NCBI RefSeq assembly: GCF_030684315.1
Contig: NC_081371.1
Location: forward strand, 24,547,440 to 24,611,439
DNA length: 64,000 nucleotides
Reading direction: 5' to 3'
DNA from: Stegostoma tigrinum
Lineage: Eukaryota
Shown: positions 49,905 to 63,104 of the stretch, piece by piece
Position numbering within the stretch: the first letter of the stretch is position 1
How the letters are laid out: every line of letters begins with the position of its first letter
Position numbers and translations under genes: made by a program
Notes under the pieces: generated by a model
Databases searched by the model: none
Told to the model about the DNA's origin: nothing
What the model saw: the letters and a program-made list of their open reading frames with translations, nothing else

Positions 49905-52130
49905 ATCCTACCTATATAAATGATTTAGAATAGAATGTAGAAAGCATGGTCAATAAGTCTGTGGATGACAACAAGGTTGGTGGAATAGTGGACATGAAGG
50001 AGGTTATCTAAGATTACAGAGATTTAATTAGGTCAATGGGCTAAGGAGTGGCAGATAGAGGTCAATTTGGTTAAATGTGAGGTATTGCATTTTGGTAAAA
50101 CAAACAAGGGCAGGATTTATACAATCAAAATAACAGCCTTGTGTAGCATTGTAGAACAGAGGGTACCTAGGGGTTCAGGTATATAATTCTTTGAAGTTTG
50201 CATCATTTATGGGTAGGGTGGTTAAAAAGGCGCTTAACACACTAGTCTTCCTTGATCAGATCTTTGAGTATAGGAGTTAGGATATAATGCTGTGGTTGTG
50301 CAGGGCATTGGTGAGGCCTCTTCTGCAGTACTTGTGTCCACTTCTGGTTATTGGAAGGATATTATTAGCTGGAGAGGATTCAAAAGAGATTTACCAGGAT
50401 GTTGCTGGGAATGGAGGCTTTGAGTTATAAGGTGAGGCTGGGTAGGCTGGGACTTTTTCACTAGAGCGTAGGAGTTTGAGGGGTAACCTTTTAGAGTGTC
50501 AGTGATCTTATCTGTCCGTATAAAGTGACCTGTACCTGCTTACCACAAAGTGGCTCATGTTTCAATGACACAAAATAGCCAAAAAGGAGTAAAACAAAAT
50601 GGGATAGCCTGCTCTAACATTTAAGTGAAACATTGTGGTACCTTTGAATAAGACTATTGCAAGGTAGGCAAAAGAGCCTCACCACCAAACATCTGAGATA
50701 GTTTTGATAAGATATTGTCTAAGAACAGACAAGTGATTACTTCCAGCCTCGTTAATAAAAGGATGATTGTCCCAGTAAATGAAAAACACCAGGTGTGAGT
50801 CTAAGCCCATGAACCAGCCAGATTAATTCCCAAAGCAGCTGCAAAGACAGCAGCTAAAGTTATTTTGTAGTAAATAGTTGTTTCTACAAGTTACTCACAA
50901 TATTAAGAAATTGGCTCTAGTTAAAGATTCTTCAGATAATCATAGAAGTAGTTTTCGACATCAAGGATAGGTACACATATAACCAAAGTATAATACAAGC
51001 ATTAGAAAAGAAAGATTTAAACCTAGGAGTGTAAGTTAATTAGCCTTAAAATACACCTTCTCTTACATCCTGAGCAAGATAGATTGTTCATAATTCATTA
51101 ATTACAAAGTGCTAACCATGGAATTAGCTGTACAACTTTACATTTTATAGCTAACTTTGCAATAGAAATTAACCTTATAGCAATTAGTTAAAACTAACTG
51201 TCATTTGTATTTTCACAAATATAATTAGGACTATGGGAAATATCAGAGGAGTAACTGAATTTGATAAAGGCAGCACATGGAATACAATTCAAGCTGTCCT
51301 TAAAGATAAGCAAGGCTGAGGCAGGTCCAAAGGAATATGGCCAGTAACTTTGGAATGTGAATGAATAGAATGCATGGAAGATCCCAAGGCTTAGAGATTA
51401 CTGTGCCTGGTAAACACCATAAGATCGTGGGAACCTGGGCTGTCCATAGGAATACCCGTTAGTGATTAGCATTCCCACAGATGGATTAAGGGGGAGGGAC
51501 AGTGACTATGCTGCATTTGATTATTGTAACAGAAAATGTGTAAAATGTCATATTTCATTGCAAAGAGTAAAGTTCGTCATTGATTTCTCTTCCAACCTGA
51601 ACTAAAGATTAAATGAAAAATTGCTTTCTCACGTTGAGGCCATATTCAGGGAAGTTTCTTTGACCTTCTCCCTGCATCAACCAATTTTTGCTTGAATAGA
51701 AGTCTTCCACTTCCCTGAATCCTACCTGCTTCCTGAGTCCTTGTTCCCGATTGGAGGGTACACTGCTACATAGAGGTTTATAAGATCATGAGGTGTATAG
51801 ATAAGGTGAATGGCAGGTGTCTTTTCTCTAGAGTGGGGTTTTCAAGACTAGGGGGGCATATGTTTAAGGTGAGAGGAGAAAGATTTAAAAAAGACATGAG
51901 GGGCAACTTTTTTTACACAGCGAGTGATTAGTGTGTGCAATGAACTTCCAGAGGAAGTGTTGGTTGCAGGTACAGATATAATGTTTAAAAAACATTTAGA
52001 TAAGTACACTAGTACGAAATGTTTGGAGGTATACAGGTCAAGTGCAGGCAGGTAAGAGTAATTTAGTTTGGGATTATGGTCGGTGTGGACTGGTTGGACT
52101 GAAGGGTCTGTTTCCATGCTGTCTGACTCT
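49905..52130 (+). mobile_element. CR1 LINE 3' fragment split by a solo LTR
   Basis: YINDL..., KCEVLHFG, LRGNLLE|VYKIMR continues exactly across 50497-51775. Confidence 0.85.
50497..51770. mobile_element. Long solo LTR (1274 bp)
   Basis: TGT...ACA termini with short imperfect inverted ends (TGTCAGTG / CACTGCTACA) and a perfect 5-bp TSD TAGAG (50492-50496 / 51771-51775). Confidence 0.8.
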
Positions 52131-52439
52131 ACCCCTCACCCAGCTATTACTTTATCCTCATTTGCACTTACCTGCTGATCTACACCATCACCCACCTACT
52201 TGCCGCTCCACCACTGCCACCCACCTACCTACCACTCTACCATCCTCCACCTTCACCCACCCACCTACCTACCACTGTACACCCTTACCCACTTGCCTCC
52301 CTAGCTCAGCATTCAGCTGGCACACTATGTCTTCATCCGCCTACCTGCCCCTCTCTCATCCACCTGTCATCTTATTTCCTTATCGTGCCACCCTACCCCT
52401 TTAAGCTCTTAGCTATAACCCTATCTCTTGACACACATT

Positions 52440-52770
52440 AATTAGTTCACATGGTATGGGCATCGCTGGTTAGGTCAGCACTGATCGCCCAGTTGGGGGC
52501 TTAAGAGCTGATCACATGGCCTGGAACCACACGGAGACCAGACTATTCTAGATGGCAGATTTCCTTCTCTAAAGGGCATTCATGACTCAGATGGGTTTTT
52601 GTGACAATCAGTAATCGTTATGTGGTTACCGATAGGCCAGTTCTTTTTTCCAAATTTTTATTGAATTCAGGTTTCACCATCCACCATGGTGACATTCGAA
52701 CCCTTGTTCCCAGGACATTAGCCCATGGTTCTTGGTTACTTGTCCAGTGATACTACTACTACCCCACCCT
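52440..52770 (-). mobile_element. tRNA-derived SINE (diverged member of the 36488 family)
   Basis: gtagtagtatcactggacaagtaaccaag...gggttcgaatgtc head and shared body. Confidence 0.7.
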
Positions 52771-53308
52771 CTCCTACCTTACCATACATCACTGGAAGAG
52801 GCCTTTCGGCTGAATAAACGAACCACCTATTCTAATCCATCCTTCCAGCATTGGGTCTGTAGGGTTTCTTTTGAATTGTTTCAGGATTTCTGTTTCAACC
52901 ACCAAATGGGGCAGTGAATTCCAGGTACGTACCACCCTCTTGGATCTCTATGAATTACTTTAAATTGAAGCGCCCTTGTAATCAGCCTCTCTGCAAGGAA
53001 AAACAGGTCTTCCCTGGCCATTGTCTCAAAGGGCCTCTTTATCTTCTACCCTTCAATCAAATCACATATCAGCCTCCTCTTTTCAAAGGCAAACATCCTT
53101 CCCTTATTTTCAAGCCGTAGTAACATTCCAGTAAATCTCCATACTCTGTCGAGAGTAGTTGTCTTCTGGTTGTACAAAACTCCAGCTAGGGTCTAACCAG
53201 TGTCTTATATAGCTTCAGGATTCCATCTCTGCTTTTGTATTCAGCATCTCATCCAAAGAAGAAGAGGTAAGTGTACACTCCACTCTACCTGTCACCCTAA
53301 TACATCAC

Positions 53309-55890
53309 TGTCGTGGTAGGATTAAACATGATATCATCAAACCAGATAATTAAGGGTTAATTGGACATGACAACGAGCAGTTGAATAAAGTGGAAAAGTA
53401 TGTGGGAAATATGCTGAGTACAAAAGCAATTTATTTTGACCGAGGAACAACCATGTGACACTGCACTTGTGAGAATTGTCCTGTCTGTGCGTCACGTGGA
53501 GCCACCTGGAGGTGTTTTTCTGCATAATGGAAAGTAATGAAAATACCAGGGAATGATGGTTCAGCATTTCAGCTTAGATTCAGAATAATATTAATATCGG
53601 GGACTTCACCTTGGCCTAGATTGCCAATCGTGTCAGGAACCCTGAGATCTTCAGACCAGCTGTTATAAAGCAGGGTCCCTGACAGATAGGAGGCAGTGAG
53701 ACTCATTGTTGAACATGTTAAAGTAGCTTCAGCACTCATTAGTTTACATGTGTTTCTAATATATCTAAAGTAGATTACTGCTTATATGTATTTACTGCTT
53801 AATTACATCCATGTATTTAGCTCACTATATTAATTTACCACTTCGTATATTGATCATATGCCAATATTTATATTTTACCACCAATAAACCTCTTAATTAG
53901 TATAGCTTTACTCGTAAAGTTGTGCCTAACACACAATAAACAGTTTTCACTGTATTTCTATATGCAAGTGACAATAATTCTAAATGTAAAACATGTATTT
54001 TGTTACATCCCACCAAACCCTCTATTGAACCATACAGTTTGGCACCACAAACAGGGTTTGGTGTGATGTTCAAAATATTCAAAACGGACAACCTAAGAAG
54101 CCTGAGTTGTTGTGTATCTCAGGATGAACCAATAATGATGAGGGATTTGGATCATTAGCAAATTTGCTAGCATGACTGGGGCGTCCCCAATCATGGGAAA
54201 CTCTCTTTAAGGAGGGTTTGGCAGGGGGTGCCACCCTGCCTGGGCTGGTGAAAGACTGCTTGGTTGGAGTGGGCTTCCAAAAGCAGAAGGAGAGCCTCCC
54301 CTAAATGAGATGGAAATTATTAACTGCTCTGAGGAATGAGCATAATGCTGGAGTGGAGTGTGAGCAGGAACGTAAACAGTTAAAGGCTGCCTTGGCTCAA
54401 TTGGAGGAACAAAGCGTCATGTTGAATGAGGTGGCTAAAACAGCCCAGGTTAGAGCTGAGAGTGTGGAACAAAAGTAGAATCAAAACTGCTTGCTGTTTG
54501 GAGCAGTGCAGTATAAAAAGAAACCTGGGCGAAGGCAGTGGCAAGATGACCCAGTGAAATATGTGTGTTGTTACCATCAAACTGGGACCCTGATCATTGG
54601 GATGGCAATGTGCAGTATTCATCAGACTCAGAAGATGAGTGTTCTGAGGGGAAAGGGCAGATTGATGGGTTGGGCATTGAATTAGTAGCCACCCCTTACC
54701 AACTAACAAGGTGAAGCAACAGGAAAATGCTGCTGCACAGTACATGCATACAGTACCAGACTATTTGATGACAGACTTACAGGACATGGGCAATACATAT
54801 AAACAGCAGTCCGGGGAATCATTAGCATCATGACTGGAGGACCAAGGCACTGCTGATAGTCAGATAGCTCCAGAGGAAATAAAAATATATGGCAGTTGAG
54901 CACAGATCATCAAATTGACAATGTCATTCGGAACACTTGGGAATTGCAACTTTGTTACAATACGTACAAGTGTAAATTAGGTACAAGTATCAACCAGCTG
55001 TAGATTGGAAAATAGGATCATTTTCCTGGACAACTACAGGAGAATAGCAAGATAATAAAATGTGAGGCTGGATGAACACAGCAGGCCAAGCAGCATCTCA
55101 GGAGCACAAAAGCTATACAGGAGAGTTGCTTTTGGTTTTTATACAGGAGAGTATAACTAGATTGAGGGAATGGACTACACAGATCGGGGTTTGTAATCAA
55201 GATTTTCAGGGATATTTACAGCAGGGATGAGAAGTTGGCAAATGAAGTTTGGACCTCCACACTTGAGAGGTGCTTTGTTGGTATTATTCGGACCAACTTA
55301 GCATTGATTGGTGGAGAAAGTCATTTTGTTACTTGGACAGGTAGAAGATGTGGATGAAGGAAAAGTGGCAGTGAGAATGACGAGGATGGAATACACAGGG
55401 TAACCACCTTCAGAGGCAGGTCTGGACCGACAAAAGGGATTAGTAAACGGGACATGTTTACTGCACTTGTATGAGCTGGGGTCAATAGGACAGAAATTGA
55501 TGGAATTTCCACAAATGCTTTGTATACTCTGTGGAGGCGGTGTGGTGTCCCTAAGTGAGATGGGGTCCCAGGGAATCACAAGCGAGAGAAGTACAGTCAG
55601 ACACTGAAAATGCTGGGGAGGCTGTGAGAAGTGATAACCTTGCTGGCCATGAAGATAAACACATGTACCCTACATTAGAGGAGGTAGAACAGGCATGGCT
55701 AGTGAGTAATCCTATTAATTAGGGGTGGGACCAGTACTCCAGAATCTCAGTGAGCGAAGTGCTCATGGAGACCTGTGGCCACGTATACCAATAACTGGAG
55801 GGACTTAATAGGCAAGGAGACATGGCATATTACATATTGACGTTGAAAGTGGTAATAATATAAACTTCTTTGATATAGAAAACATTGATG
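53309..55890 (+). mobile_element. LTR retroelement relic: 5' LTR (~53309-54036), PBS, decayed gag-like region
   Basis: TG...CA candidate LTR with TATAAA (~53664) and AATAAA (53883). TGGCACCACAAACAGGG (54040-54056) follows 3 nt later and resembles a tRNA-Lys PBS. A broken coiled-coil ORF follows (ECEQERKQLKAALAQLEEQ). Confidence 0.55.
55049..55114 (-). mobile_element. 66-bp family-A PLE end beginning at the predicted ribozyme cleavage site
   Basis: Matches the post-GTC part of the 10.5-kb element. Flanked by TACAGGAGAATAGC (55035-55048) / TACAGGAGAGTTGC (55116-55129). Confidence 0.75.
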
Positions 55891-55899
55891 GTAGCCATG

Positions 55900-56015
55900 G
55901 TGTGCAGGTGCCAGTGTTGACTTGGGGTGGAGAAAATCAGATACCAGGTTATAATCCAGCAGGTTTATTTGAAATCACAAGCTTTTGTAGCACTGCTCCT
56001 TTGTCAGGTGAAGTC
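55900..56015 (-). mobile_element. 3' end of another PLE family with a decayed hammerhead
   Basis: Minus strand: cacctgacaaaggagcagtgctacaaaagcttgtgatttcaaataaacctgctgg. Confidence 0.5.
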
Positions 56016-56025
56016 ACTTCCCAAA

Positions 56026-56266
56026 TCATAGAATTCCTACAGTGTGGAGGTAGGCCATTCAGCCCATCAAGTTTCCACCAACCCTCCAAGGAGCATCCTA
56101 CTCAGACCCACCCCATTCCTGTAAGCTTGCATTTCCAATGGCTATCCCACCTGACCTACACATCTTTGGACTGTGGGACGAAGCTCCCCACAGACAGTTG
56201 CCCAAGGCTGGAATTAAACCCGGGTCCCTGGCACTGTGAGGCAGTAGTGCTAACCACTGAGCCACC
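56026..56266 (-). mobile_element. HE1-like SINE (tRNA head plus CR1/HER1 3' tail)
   Basis: ggtggctcagtggttagcact...gggtttaattcc head; tail gatgggctgaatggcct...ctgtaggaattctatga. Confidence 0.8.
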
Positions 56267-56339
56267 GAATATTCACAGATGGCTTTGGCACCAGGTTTAT
56301 CACCTCCACTTTCCCAATTCTCAACTCTCACTAAATTGT

Positions 56340-57945
56340 TATATTGTTCATCTGGAACCTAGTGCTGGATAAGTAGAAATTTGGACCAATTAAGTTTTGT
56401 GAAAAGTGAAGCCATTGCCTTTAGCCCATTGAACAAACTTTGTTTCCTCAGCAGTGTCTACATCCCACTCTCAGGCTGAACCAGATTTTTAGTAAGCTTG
56501 GTGTTATATTTGAGACTGCAATGAGCTCTTACCACTTATCATGTTTTCTCTAACACCTGTTATTTCTGCACCATCACCTGACTGTAAACCCGCTTCTGCT
56601 GATTTCTGCTGAAACCCTAGTTCATACCTGTTACTCCTGATTTGCCTGTTTCAACACACTATGTCTTCTATACACTGTAAACTTAAGTCAATTTAAGACT
56701 CTGCTGCTTCACAACTTGTACCAAATCCCATTCACTCAGCTTGCTGTGTTCTCTTATCTACACTGGTTTTTGGTTAAGCAATGCTTTGATCTTAAAGTTC
56801 TTCTTGTATGGATTTTAAATGGAGACATACTCCCACCCATCAGGAGAGATATCAGGTATGAGCCCACCAATTCAGAATGGTTGTTTCACATCAATAATGC
56901 ACTGGGAGCTACCTTACTCAATTCAGAGTGGGACCAGAGAGATGCCAGTCAATCTGATTGGCCAGGATAGAGTGCTTTTCATTGCAGTATTTACAGACAG
57001 TCCCCATGGGAGAAGAGTCATAGAGCCTGGACTCAGAAGCTTGGTATTTGGCCAGGCATGGCTGGGAGGCCCTACTGTGGTGACCTGGGTAACAGATCCA
57101 GTGGGGCTACAGTAAAAGGAGGGAATAAACTTGGCAAGATCACCTCTTGAGGACCAAAAGCAGTTGTACACATTTCTTGCCTGATGGTAGTTCATACAGC
57201 CACTGGGCTACCCACCCTGCCCCTTCATTTCTCTGACCTACATCAAAAACATTGCCAAGGTGGAATGGGACCCCTAAATAGCCCTTAGCTGGCCACTTAA
57301 GGATCTCAGTAGTTTAAGGATGGAAGGGCTAACTGATGAATTGCCCATCGACTACAATATGGGAGTCTGGTCTGGGCTGAGTAGAAATGCAGTAGAAAGG
57401 CCACCTGCTTTATTTTATGAGCCCTACATTAAAAAACAAAGCCCCTTGTTTTCAACAAATACTTCCATTACTGCTGCCCTCTCTATCCCTGTAACCTTCT
57501 CCAGACCCACAACCCTTTAGTACATCTGAGTTCATCAAATTCTGGCTTCTTGAGCAGCTCTGATTTTAATGACTGCGCACGTGGTAACCATGCCTTCAGT
57601 TATTGTGATTAAGTACCTTCCCAAACTAAAGTGAGAGCAACTTATAGTAGACATCACGTGATTATGTAAACCCAGAGAATGTGTAGGAAAATACATTTCT
57701 TCAAGATATTGCCTTCAGCTGTTTGAGCACAAATGCCTTAGATCTCTCTCCTAAAATCTTTCCATCTTTCTTTTCTCATTTAAGGTATTTTTTAATAACC
57801 TATGTTTATGACCAATCTTTATATTCATTTGTCTTAATATTGCCTTGAGTGATTTAGTATAAGATGCTACTTTGTAATCTTCTATGAAGCACCATGGGAT
57901 ATTTTATTTCAGTAAAGGCACTATATGAATGTAAGTTGTTGCTGA
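56340..57945 (+). mobile_element. Old L2-type LINE 3' fragments with intervening insertions
   Basis: KLGVIFETAMSS, AETLVHT, LHWFLVKQCFDLKVL motifs; tail 'aaaggcactatatgaatgtaagttgttg'. Confidence 0.55.
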
Positions 57946-58784
57946 AAGAGTGCATGCACTGACGTCTCCTTACATCCCCTTTCACAGCTGCTTCTGCTGT
58001 TTCTCCTTGTTCAATTACACCTCAGTTGAGAAAAACTGAGCAAGTCCATCAGTCCATGTTTAATAGTTCTCAGCAAGAAACTCCAAGCTCAACAGCACTC
58101 CAGCTGCTTAAGACAGTGACATTTTAATGGGGGGGGGAGGGTGATAATTCCTTTCAATGCCATCTGGAAGCTGTTTCCCAACGGATTATGAAATGATGTT
58201 CTGGTTGGGGTTAAGGACATAACATGCTAGGACTGAAATGGAGACCAATTTTAGAAAAGCGCCAGAGACAGGGCCCTGATTGCACTATTTAAGTCATGCC
58301 TTCCCTTATTGGAAATGGTCAGTGGGGGGACCTGCAGAGATCCTTTCTTAGTTCACTTCTCCATGCTCCCTCAAAATCACACTCTTGAATTTGACTTTGT
58401 GTTTCTGTACCTGGATACTGAAAACATGTGCAATGCCTTTCAATTTCTACACTAGTTTGTTTCCCAGTTGAGTCATTGTGGGCTAAGTCTCCCCTATTGA
58501 CTTAAAAACAAACTGAACAGTAAATACTGCTTGATCCAGAGTAATTGTCCATGGAGTTCATGGAAATCAATGGACCTTAATGAACCTCATGTAAATGCCA
58601 TACATAGAGATTTTAGGTGATTTAATTATTTGATGGATTTGTCATAATTTTGAACTTCATTAACTGCACAGTAAAGGGAGAACACCTGCCCCAAGTTACC
58701 CTGTTCCAGTGTTGTTGGCTTCATTCTCACTTGGTGTCCCAACCTGGGGTCTGGCAAAACCTGTTCATGTCAACTCACTGTCAA

Positions 58785-60420
58785 ACAATATGAATATATG
58801 AAATGGGAGTAGAAATAGACCATTCAGCCATTTAATCCATTCTGCCATTGAATAAGATTATGGCAGATATACCTGCTTGAACTCTCCATTTCCATCTACT
58901 TGATAATGTTCGATTTCCTTGCCTATCCTGCACTGCCTTAAAATATCCAATCACAGTCCTTTTATTTGCCTTCTGAGGCAGAGAGTTCCAAAGTTACACA
59001 ATCATCTGAGAGAAAACTTGTGTCTATATTTCTGTTCTGAAAAGGTAACTTCTAATTTTTCAACAGTGCCACATGTTCTGGACTGATCCATGTCTACCTT
59101 GTAATATCGTTCAGGATTTGATACACTTTAATCCAGTTCATGCTCTATCCAATGGAAACAAGCCCAGCCTGTCCAATCTTTGCTAAGAAGACAACTCACT
59201 CAGTCCAAGTTTCAATCTAGTAAACCTCCTCTGAACCACTTCCACTACATTTACATCCTTCCATAAATAAGGACAATAAGCTCTACAATATATTTGAGAT
59301 GTGGTATCACCTATGACATTTATAATTGAGGCATAATCCTTACTTTTATGTTCAATTCCACTCATAATAAATGTATGTGCTGTACCTGCATATGAGCCAT
59401 TTGTGACTCAGATACTGGAACATCTACATCATTTTGCACCTCCGAATTCCTGAGTCCTTTCCCATTTATTTATTGCTCTGCTTTTTATTCTGCCCTCCAG
59501 CAACTTCTCATTTGCCCACGCTATACTATAACTGTCAGATATTTGACCACTCACTCAACATATTCACCTACTCGCCAGTGTGTGATTTGTGAATTTAGCA
59601 AAATGCCTTCACTCCTTTCATCTAAGTCATTGATAGAAACTGTAAAAAGTTAGGCCCAAACTCAGATATCTCTCAGACTTTGCTTGTCAAATCCTGTCAA
59701 TCAGACAATTAACGCATACTCTTTGTTTACGGCTAGCTAGTCAGCCAATCATCTATTCAGGCTAATATGTTACCCATACATAATAAATTAATTTTGCACA
59801 ATAACCTTCGATGTGGCATTTTATCAAATGATTTCTGGAAATCCAGGTTCTCCTTTATCCCTAACACAAAGTCTGGGATTAGATTAATTTAGGATATCTG
59901 GTTGGCATGGATGAGTTGGACGGAAAGGTTTGTTTCCATACTGTACATTTCTATGATTCTAAAACTCCAATAAATAGTTAAAAATGATTTTCCTTTCACA
60001 AAGCCATGTTGACTCTTCCCCAAGTACCTTGAGTTTTCCAAGTGTCCAGCTATAATCTCTTTAATGATCAATTGTAACATATTCCCATGACAGACATTAA
60101 ACTAACTGACCCATAGTTTCCTGGGTTTTCTGTCTCCCTTCTTACTCAAATGGAGAGATTATATTTGCTAACTTCCAATCTGTTGGAATCTTTCCAGAAT
60201 GTAGGAAGTTTTGGAAAATTAATACCAACCCAACTACTTGATGATGAGCTCTTTTTAAATAATAGAATGAAGTCCATTTGGATCTAGACATTGTCAGTCC
60301 ACACCTCACTAATTTGTTCAGTACAGCTTCCCTAGTGATTGTACATTCGCCAAATTCCTCTCCTCTCCTCACCTGATTTATAGCTATTAGTGGAAGACAG
60401 AGCAAAATATTAATTCACTT
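58785..60420 (-). mobile_element. CR1 LINE ORF2 fragments
   Basis: KIPTDWKLANIISPF, SQHGFVKGKS, EVVQRRFTRL. Confidence 0.85.
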
Positions 60421-60497
60421 AGTCTGATACTTCCCTATTATTTATTATTAACTAGCCGTGCTCACACCCTAGAGAATCAACACTTACCTTTATATGC

Positions 60498-60680
60498 AGA
60501 CAAAAACAGAAATTGCTGAAAAATCTCAGCAGGTTTGACAGATCTACCGAAGGAAATCACAGTTAACATTTCCAGTCTGGTGACCCTTCACTTGACCCAA
60601 ATTATTACTCTGATTTCTCTCTACAGATGCTGTCAGAACCACTGAGTTTACAAGCAATTTCTGTTTTTGCTTCTGATTTA
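60498..60680. mobile_element. PLE-derived hairpin element, family B (older)
   Basis: Inverted arms aaaaacagaaattgctg / gcaatttctgttttt centred on ctggtgacccttca-cttgaccca. Confidence 0.7.
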
Positions 60681-61749
60681 CTAACCAGCCATCTGGCTTA
60701 TAACTCATCTTTACAGAGTTACGTGTTTTTACCTTAAGTTTGATGCTTGCCCTAGCCTCTTAAATTAAACAGGGGTGGTGGATTTACAAAGTATACAATT
60801 TTTCTATATTAAAGGAATATAATTATTCTGCAGTATGCCCTTAACTGTCTCCCACCAGTCTCGACTCATTCATCCCTTAGCCTGGTTTGGCAGTTCATTA
60901 ATAGCTCAGTTTTATTTCCATATCATTGTGCTTATTGAAGTTTTAAATACTAGCCTGAGACGCAATTTCCTCCCTTTCAACCTTGCTGTAAAATTTGATC
61001 ATATTGTGATTGTTGCTTTCTAGGGGTGCTTTTACTCTCAGGTCATTAATTAATCTTTTATTAATGAATTAATTATCTACCAATATCAAGCAAGAGAGAG
61101 AACGACTACTTCAATGTGAAAAGTTTGAAAGTGAATGAACATGTTCAAGACTATATAAATATCTTTAGTACAGACACTGAGCTAATGTTCACTGCTGTAT
61201 TAATGTTCCAGTATCAACTGCTCCTTTAACCTTGGCTGTACTTCCTTTCAACAAAGCCCAGGAGGGGACTTGATAAGTTACCAGCTAACCTTTTATTAAG
61301 TAAGGAGCCATTTCATTTCCCTGGTTTCCTGCTTTCCTGCATTCAGGTTTCACATGAGCAAGTGCATAGGGGAATTGAATCTAAAAAAGCTCTTTGATCC
61401 TTAAAGTTGCAGGTTGTTGTCCTGTAATCCTTGATATCAGGAATGATGCAGCAAGGTAGTGGATGTGAAGTACTGACAAGATGCCTGTAAAAAATAATAA
61501 CAAAATAATCGATTCAGAACCATTCATTGATTAATGTCCAAGAATGAAACAACAGTACATATCTGTAAGTTCTTCTGCAGTTGTATCATAGGATATAAAT
61601 TGTTGGTAATCCACCTGTTTAGCCATATTATGACACACCTCCATGGCAAATTGGACTTGATCCCAGACCTCCTTGCCCAGAGGTACAGACACTGCCACAG
61701 CAACTTTAGACCTTCCACAGGAATATTATATCTGAAAATATGAATCAGA

Positions 61750-62210
61750 GGTAGGTCTAGGCCACTTCAGCTTGCTCCACCATCCATATTCTCACCTTCC
61801 TTTCACCTCTTGCTCATGAAGAGTTGAAACACTTCTGCCTTAATATTCAAAGACACAACTTACACTGCTTTTTGAGGAAGAGAAATTCAAAGACTATAAG
61901 GCTCTGTAAGAAAAGAATCCTCTCAAGTGTTCTAAATCAGCAATCCTTTATTTTTAAACGATGATCCCGAGTTTGAGATTCTTCCACAAAAGAAAACACC
62001 CTTTTTACGTCCACTTGTCAAGACCCCTGTATCTTGTATGTTTCAGTTGTTATTTCTTACTCTTCCAAATTCTAGGGACACAAGCCTAGCCTGTTCAACC
62101 TTTCCTCATAAAACAATCCTTCCATTCTAGCTATTAATCTAGTAAACATTCTCTGAGCAGCTCCCAATGCATTTACATCCTTCCTTAACGACAGAGACCA
62201 AAAATGTAAT
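61750..62210 (-). mobile_element. CR1 LINE 3' fragment
   Basis: The reverse complement carries a YEERLNRLGL-type motif and a CR1 tail. Confidence 0.7.
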
Positions 62211-63104
62211 CAGGAATATGACACTTAGGAGCTGGTAAGTTAGTATATTTTCGTAACCTTCTCCCATTCCAGTGAGCTGTAGACTTTCAGCATTACAGAT
62301 TTGCTAGACAAAGGTTAGCAGGTTTCCCAGTACATCACAACCTTACATGCTTGAGGATTGACCTGTAAACACAGTTTGAATTAGAAATGCAATTCTTGAG
62401 TTTCCTGGAACTTTATTGAACATTTCATTACAAATTAATTGATTCCTCACAATGTTTGCACAGAGAATCAGCGTTAAAACTTCAGGCCATCATGGTGGTA
62501 GGTCATCAACCTGAAACATTAACTCTGTTTCTCTTCACAGATGTGCCTAACTTGATGGATAGTCATTTGTGTAGGCCTGAGAAAATATACCAATAACAGA
62601 TCCCAGATATCTCATAGTGATGTTGGATGTGATATAAACTGACCAGGATATCAGAAATCCCCTATACTGCGCCAAGCAAAAGTAACAGTATCTTATGCTT
62701 ATTTGAGAGGGCAAACAAGTCCTCAATTTAAATCTCCTTCGAAAGACAGCAGCACCTCAATATCAACTTGGAACGTGGCTTGAACTATGGATCACATAAC
62801 TTGGCTATCAAGCATCACTGGTTTTGCCTGTAAGGGAGCTCAGTGTGCACATAAAATGGGTGTGAAGTCCATCTCCATTGACTAGTGAAGGAGCCTGTGC
62901 AGTTCATCATCTTGGGAAGCATGAGGCTGCAGGATTCTGTGTATGTGTGAGAAACAACAATGGGCTGATTACATCAGCTGCAGTTTCATCTGATCTGACA
63001 TGTTACTTAGACGTTGCAGGTGCTGTTCATGCTCTGTCTTAAACATGCACAGCTATGGGAAGCCCAAACAGTTCAAAAATAAATTAACACAGCTTCCAGG
63101 TAAG

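Noticed and set aside
56200-56266. tRNA-like sequence (also the heads at ~36800, ~47560, ~1080)
   Set aside because: These have A/B boxes without a full cloverleaf and are fused to SINE bodies; they are not tRNA genes.
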